DNA from: Nitrosotalea sp.
GTDB lineage: Archaea; Thermoproteota; Nitrososphaeria; Nitrososphaerales; Nitrosopumilaceae
Length of the DNA stretch: 19,946 bases
Direction: 5' to 3'
Assembly (NCBI GenBank): GCA_050749405.1
Contig: JBOGRD010000004.1
Coordinates: 30,001 to 49,946 of the forward strand
Below are positions 15,377-19,946 of this stretch, in pieces. The notes under the pieces are model-generated. The model worked only from the letters and a program-made list of their open reading frames with translations. It made no database searches and was not told where the DNA came from. The position numbers were made by a program, and so were the translations under genes. Numbering within the stretch: the first letter of the stretch is position 1; each line of letters starts with the position of its first letter.

Positions 15377-15619
15377 TTAGGATGATCTCTTTTTTCTTTT
15401 AGGATCAGTCAATGTCGATTTCTTTTTGTCTAATTGCCTTATTCCAAAGCCAGCAAAGAAAACTAGCCAGCCAATAATAGTTACATATCCAAGTACGCCC
15501 TTGATCGAATTAATACCGTCGGAACTAAAACCAGACAACTGAGATGAAGTGGCAGAAAATATCCAGTTTATGATTTGCACTAAAAGTCCTGCGATCATAA
15601 TTATTGTGCCGCGTTGCAT
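15377..15619 (-). CDS. Hypothetical two-TM small membrane protein (80 aa)
   Basis: Hydrophobic segments IIMIAGLLVQIINWIF and VLGYVTIIGWLVFFAGFGI, with a basic tail KKKSTLTDPKRKKRSS. Confidence 0.5.
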   Translation of the reverse strand: MQRGTIIMIAGLLVQIINWIFSATSSQLSGFSSDGINSIKGVLGYVTIIGWLVFFAGFGIRQLDKKKSTLTDPKRKKRSS

Positions 15620-15813
15620 ACAATCATAACTTTCGCACTGATCTTAAAGATTCCCTCCGTATCTGATTTGAGAAATTATCCTGACAGCATTTAGTTTTTG
15701 CGCATAAAAGTGAGGTTTACTATTTTTTTGTCGCTATAAAAGGGCGGGACGACGTGATGCAAAGGCATGACTAGAAAGTAAATATTTAAATCAACTTCTG
15801 TTTCATATCAGGT

Positions 15814-16065
15814 ATGTCCACAAAGACGATTGGGATAATAATAGCCGGTTTTACCGCCGGTGCGGTCGCAATAGCAGTAGCGATGTTGGCTGGATCTGGA
15901 TGGGAGACACCCGGGACTTATGCCGGAGTAAGCGATGCCTCGCATGTTAACAATTCAACGAATTGTTATTCATTCCAGACAGGATGTTCGCATAGTACCA
16001 CAAATGTAACTGCATCAGACATGAGTAACGGACAATACTTGAGTGGCAGCTATAACGCACCATAG
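15814..16065 (+). CDS. Hypothetical N-terminally membrane-anchored small protein (83 aa) with N-x-S/T sequons
   Basis: N-terminal TM segment IGIIIAGFTAGAVAIAVAMLAG, then a Ser/Thr/Asn/Gly-rich tail with NNST and NVT sequons. G+C is locally elevated. Confidence 0.5.
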   Translation: MSTKTIGIIIAGFTAGAVAIAVAMLAGSGWETPGTYAGVSDASHVNNSTNCYSFQTGCSHSTTNVTASDMSNGQYLSGSYNAP

Positions 16066-16229
16066 ATCTAAAATCTACCATTTTTTTCATTTCAGACTAA
16101 ATTATAGCATAATTTTTGCATCAGGCAGGTTTGTAGGCTATGAGAAGAAAATGCTCTTCTTGCAAGAATAGGCGTTGGTTTTCTGAATTAAAACCAGTCA
16201 ATGACAAGTCTTAAGTCATCACAGAATAC

Positions 16230-16379
16230 ATGGTAAAAGAAATGGGCGAGGAACCGTGCTTGGAATGTTCGTCCAAGAATACCTGCGAATACATGAACCC
16301 AATTGAGAAGAGCGACGGAATGCATTATTATTTTTTATGCGAAGATTGCAAGCATGAATGGGAAATAATAAGAAAATAA
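16230..16379 (+). CDS. 49-aa zinc-ribbon mini-protein
   Basis: ATG 16230 to TAA 16377-16379. Product MVKEMGEEPCLECSSKNTCEYMNPIEKSDGMHYYFLCEDCKHEWEIIRK has C-x2-C ... C-x2-C. It is below the ORF-track cutoff. The antisense 60-aa ORF 16219..16401 looks like a shadow. Confidence 0.5.
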   Translation: MVKEMGEEPCLECSSKNTCEYMNPIEKSDGMHYYFLCEDCKHEWEIIRK

Positions 16380-16547
16380 GGAAATTAGAATAGTATTCCA
16401 AATAGCTACACCGATGACATTTCGCAGGAGCTCAGACGGGATAATTCTGCAAATGATGTCTTTGTTTTACAAAATGGGATTAATCTGTTTAATGGCAAGT
16501 GGAAACAGAGAGGATTTGGGAAACTATCAGGCAAGGATATTGAGCAT

Positions 16548-16796
16548 TTGGAGACCTTTGAGAAGAATGGAAAATTATTTTATAAAATCAAGGTATTGAG
16601 AAATTCTAGACTTAGAACTTCAATAATTCAGAATCAGTTATCTGAGATAGGGAAGATCAAGGAAGTTGTGAAGCAGTTTAATCTTAATGCCGATAGAAAG
16701 AGATTATGGTTAGGAAGGATTGAAAGTATTGATTCTAAAGTTATGAATGAGTCTATGCCTATATCGTTAAATCATTTAAAAAAAGATGAGATATAG
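16548..16796 (+). CDS. Hypothetical protein; the reading frame is open upstream to 16389 without any ATG/GTG/TTG
   Basis: The track start is TTG 16548. The same frame continues upstream as NSIPNSYTDDISQELRRDNSANDVFVLQNGINLFNGKWKQRGFGKLSGKDIEH, which looks as protein-like as the called part. The 3' end overlaps the next ORF by 11 nt. Confidence 0.4.
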   Translation: METFEKNGKLFYKIKVLRNSRLRTSIIQNQLSEIGKIKEVVKQFNLNADRKRLWLGRIESIDSKVMNESMPISLNHLKKDEI

Positions 16797-17524
16797 AATG
16801 GATGATGCATTGATTGGTGCAATTATCGGAGGAGGTATATCTGGCGCTGTTGGTATAATTATTGCACGATACACAAGTAGGCTCAAAGATAAAGAATTGA
16901 TGAAACAAAACACATACACCAGACTTTATGATTGGATTACGTCTAGAGAAGCCAATTTTCAATTTACTGATGACCAAGTTTATGCAATTCAAACAAAATT
17001 GCAAATTACTTCCTCGGAATATATCAAGATGGATAAGAAAATCAGGAAAAAGTTTGACATGTTTGTTGATGAGGGAGCAAAATGGGACAATATGTTCAGT
17101 ACAATCAACCAAAGATTTTCTGACGAGAGGACTAAGATCTTTGGAAATCTATGTAGCGATTTAAAAGATTCAAACATTCTAAATGATCGAGGTTATATAG
17201 AAATAGGAAATGCGGGAGGGTATTCAATGCGTAATTTTCTGGATCCTTTTTTCACTATACTAATAAATCCAGCAGTCAACAGCGGCCATATTCTTTATCA
17301 AAAAATGAAAGAATACGCAATGAAAAAAAAATCTTCACCAACTTGAATATCTTGAAGAAATTAAGAAGGAAAGACCACAATTTTTTGAACTGATAAATAA
17401 AAATCTACCAGAATTTAGAAACCTTGTACTATCAGGCGTAAACTATGATATTCTGATGGCTCAAGGTGAAAGGGCACGTGATAAGCTCCGTGATCTCATG
17501 AATGTATTGCAGGATAATTTGTGA
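16786..17524 (+). pseudogene. Glycine-zipper-like TM-anchored protein split by a frameshift at an A9 tract (ORF 16786..17346 plus a +1-frame continuation 17324..17524)
   Basis: ORF A ends ..YQKMKEYAMKKKSSPT and then stops. The +1 frame reads KKNLHQLEYLEEIKKERPQFFELINKNLPEFRNLVLSGVNYDILMAQGERARDKLRDLMNVLQDNL to a TGA at 17522-17524, open across the A9 run (17323-17331). Deleting one A gives a seamless product of about 245 aa. The N-terminal TM segment is LIGAIIGGGISGAVGIIIA. Confidence 0.55.
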
Positions 17525-17602
17525 ATTTTACATTTTAAATTCTCTACAAATCATACATATTCATTAAATTACTTTAAGAAATAGCAAATCCAGAACAAAC
17601 CA

Positions 17603-17872
17603 TTGGTCAATGAGAAAAGAATCGCGGTGATTCACATATTTCACACGACGGCAGTTACTATAGGAGCTGTATTATTAGCCATTGGGATCTTATTCTATTC
17701 ACTTGAATTTGAATGGATTCAGGCAGCACTATCTGTTATGCCAGAGTCTCAAGTGCTGAAAGAAGATACTGGAGAATTAATATTTTCTAGTTGGTTTTAT
17801 GGAGGTATTGGCGGGATAGTAATTTTCATTTCAACATTAATTTCTACTATGTTGATCAGAAAAACCAAGTAA
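17603..17872 (+). CDS. Hypothetical two-TM small membrane protein (89 aa)
   Basis: TTG start. Hydrophobic segments AVTIGAVLLAIGILFYSL and YGGIGGIVIFISTLISTMLI. Confidence 0.45.
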   Translation: MVNEKRIAVIHIFHTTAVTIGAVLLAIGILFYSLEFEWIQAALSVMPESQVLKEDTGELIFSSWFYGGIGGIVIFISTLISTMLIRKTK

Positions 17873-17946
17873 TTTCCAACAAATCATAACTTCCGTTATT
17901 ATCTAGTAGCTTCAATTTTCGTGCCTAGGGGAGGGGCTTACTCTTT

Positions 17947-19946
17947 TTACTCTTTGTCTACAAACTCGTCTGCTGTCGGAGGTTCCGGACTTAGGCCCTT
18001 CCTCTTTCTAAGATCAGCCACGATGGTTGACAGGATAGAGTTTGGAACCGGTGTCCATGCCTTAAAGTGCGTGTTCCACATTGCCTTTCCTGCAGTCTGC
18101 CCACGCATTACCTCAGACAAGTCAAATGTTTCAGATGCAGGAATCTCGCCAGTTATAATATTTACAACGCCTTTTTGCTCCATGTTTAGAACCTTGCCCC
18201 TCTTTCCTGATATGACACCTGCAACGTTGCCAATGAGTTCCTGCGGAATCCTGACCTCAATTCCAAGTGTTGGTTCCAACAGTACGGGTTGTGCAAGCAA
18301 CATTGCACCCATGCATGCGCGCCTTGATGCAGGTCCTAGTTGTGACAGGCCTCTGTGTGCTGGGTCCTCGTGAGGTACAAAATGATTAAAGGTAAACTTG
18401 CATCCCCTCACCTGTTCTCGTGTAAGAGGACCTTCCTTCATGGTATCATCAAATCCTGAAAGTATCGAATCGGTTGACTCCTGGACAAACTGGACACCTT
18501 TTGTGCCGTCAACCATAACATTTCCTCGGACATCAAATCGCATTACACGCTTTGCGTCGTCCTTGTCCCATCCTACCGCTTTTAGAATTTCTGCGACCTC
18601 TTTCTTGTCTTTGTATTCATTTAATGTACCGTTTCGTATCATCTCAGCTACCTTCTCGTCGAGCGGCTCTACTTTCATGAATATCTTGTTGTGTCGGTTA
18701 GGCGATTTTGCCATGATGGGCCCTGCAGAACCACGAATTGTCTCCCTGTAGTTTATCAAAGGTTGTGAAGTAACTATATCCACTTTGGCATCTGCAATCA
18801 GTGCCGTTGCAATCTCAAGGTGAAGCACACCCATACCCGCAATCACAGTCTCCCCGCTTTCCTCGTTTATCTTTACCACCAAGTTGGGGTCTTCAATTGT
18901 AATTCTGTTCAACGCCTCGACAAGTTTTGGCAAGTCTTTTGGATGTTTTGGCTCTACTGCAATTTGTACAACTGGTTCTGACACATACTGGATTCCCTCA
19001 AATGTATGAACACCTGCTACTGTAGATATTGTCTGACCCGCTCTTGCATGCTCCAATCCCAAAAGCGCTGGAATGTTTCCTGCTGCAAGCTCCCCCACCA
19101 TCTCTCTCTGGTTACCCATGAAAAAGTTGACAGACTGGATTCTTCCTTCTCGTTTTGTATCAATGATATGAATTCGGTCACCGTCTTTTATCTTTCCAGA
19201 AAATAATCTCCCTATTGCCACAGGGCCAGCAGCCGGGTCAACAGTCATGTTTACAATCATCATTATGGCAGGGCCATTATCATCGCAGTTGAGCAGTGCC
19301 TTTCCAATGTCAGATTCAAGGTCACCTTTCCAGATTTTAGGGATTCTGTATTTTTGTGCATCAGCAGGATTTGGATGATGTTTTACTACCATTCCAAGAA
19401 CGGCATCATATAGCGGTGCCTTTTCTGCAAGATCCTTGACATTTCCGCCCTCAGAATAAGCAGCAAAGATGTCTTTGAACGATATTCCTTTTTTCTTCAT
19501 CACATCAGCGTTAAACCCCCACTTGTCCTTGGCAGAACCAAATGAGACGCTACCGTCCTGAATGCTTACCTTCCACTTGTCCTTGTATTCAGGTTCTGCG
19601 TAAATATCGATTAATCTGTTAAAGTTGGTGATAATTTCACTTAGCCATTCTTGCATCTTGTCAGGAGCCAGTCTCAACTCCTTTATGAGACGGTCAATCT
19701 TGTTGATATAGAGAACAGGTCTTACTCTTTCTTCGAGTGCTTGTCGTGTCACAGTCTCAGTCTGTGTCATGATGCCTTCTACTGAATCAGATACTACAAC
19801 TGCACCATCAATTGCCCTAAGACTTCGAGTCACACGACCAGTAAAGTCAATGTGGCCGGGAGTATCAATCATGTTAATGACATATTCTTGATCATCTTTT
19901 TCATAGAGTAAAGTAACATTTGCCTGTACGATAGTCATCTGCCTGT
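17947..19946 (-). CDS. fusA: Translation elongation factor 2 (aEF-2); the N-terminal 65-70 residues lie outside the window
   Basis: The frame is open to the window edge, so the Met at 19938 is internal and the G1 P-loop is missing. G3 is DTPGHIDF and G4 is NKIDR. Domains II-V are recognisable. The diphthamide-site motif is HEDPAHRG. The C-terminus reads ..DEFVDKE, with TAA at 17947-17949. Confidence 0.97.
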   Translation of the reverse strand, partial: RQMTIVQANVTLLYEKDDQEYVINMIDTPGHIDFTGRVTRSLRAIDGAVVVSDSVEGIMTQTETVTRQALEERVRPVLYINKIDRLIKELRLAPDKMQEWLSEIITNFNRLIDIYAEPEYKDKWKVSIQDGSVSFGSAKDKWGFNADVMKKKGISFKDIFAAYSEGGNVKDLAEKAPLYDAVLGMVVKHHPNPADAQKYRIPKIWKGDLESDIGKALLNCDDNGPAIMMIVNMTVDPAAGPVAIGRLFSGKIKDGDRIHIIDTKREGRIQSVNFFMGNQREMVGELAAGNIPALLGLEHARAGQTISTVAGVHTFEGIQYVSEPVVQIAVEPKHPKDLPKLVEALNRITIEDPNLVVKINEESGETVIAGMGVLHLEIATALIADAKVDIVTSQPLINYRETIRGSAGPIMAKSPNRHNKIFMKVEPLDEKVAEMIRNGTLNEYKDKKEVAEILKAVGWDKDDAKRVMRFDVRGNVMVDGTKGVQFVQESTDSILSGFDDTMKEGPLTREQVRGCKFTFNHFVPHEDPAHRGLSQLGPASRRACMGAMLLAQPVLLEPTLGIEVRIPQELIGNVAGVISGKRGKVLNMEQKGVVNIITGEIPASETFDLSEVMRGQTAGKAMWNTHFKAWTPVPNSILSTIVADLRKRKGLSPEPPTADEFVDKE

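Noticed and set aside
16140-16796. Stop-codon reassignment or readthrough (TAA/TAG) as the explanation for the same-frame ORF chain
   Set aside because: TAA, TAG and TGA all terminate well-supported genes in this window (for example the methyltransferase and ABC ATPase at TAA, SNF2 at TAG, the ABC permease at TGA). Two stops lie 9 nt apart at 16377/16386, which argues against programmed readthrough.
17921-19206. Three + strand ORFs (17921..18373, 18398..18751, 19006..19206) inside the aEF-2 locus
   Set aside because: They are antisense shadows of a highly conserved gene. The products are Ser/Pro/Cys-rich with no motifs. aEF-2 explains the whole region.
1-19946. CRISPR arrays, rRNA genes, IS elements, transposases or integrases
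   Set aside because: I scanned by eye on both strands. I found no regularly spaced direct repeats, no rRNA-like conserved blocks, and no DDE, tyrosine or serine recombinase-like ORFs.

Overview
This is an AT-rich archaeal chromosomal segment. It carries an archaeal TFB, an aEF-2 with the diphthamide-site motif, and the archaea-specific purine enzyme PurP, and many genes use GTG or TTG starts. By inference it fits a mesophilic Nitrosopumilus-like thaumarchaeon, but the taxon cannot be proven from the sequence alone. Gene order, left to right: purP 3' end; a DUF151-type bifunctional nuclease; a Cys-motif polytopic membrane protein; a class I methyltransferase; a 54-aa C2H2 zinc-finger mini-protein missed by the ORF track; DedA; an orphan PIN-like gene; and a three-gene ABC importer-like operon (duplicated permease, ATPase, stand-alone AAA-associated domain protein). 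These are followed by an SNF2-family helicase, a J-domain/TPR protein, a long AT-rich spacer holding a GC-enriched candidate structured RNA, TFB, GNAT, a roughly 3 kb stretch of very small membrane, coiled-coil and zinc-ribbon ORFs with broken reading frames, and the aEF-2 3' portion. The strongest finding is a 221-codon intein (8157..8819) inserted in the Walker-A/motif I GLGK|T of the SNF2 helicase. It has all the splicing blocks and only a remnant of a homing endonuclease. Secondary leads are two structured intergenic elements (2959..3030 and about 11600..11808), a frameshift at an A9 tract, a chain of same-frame ORFs broken by stops, and a hexamer-repeat micro-ORF next to tfb. I found no CRISPR array, rRNA, canonical tRNA, transposase or integrase. 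All family assignments are from motif recognition by eye, not from searches.
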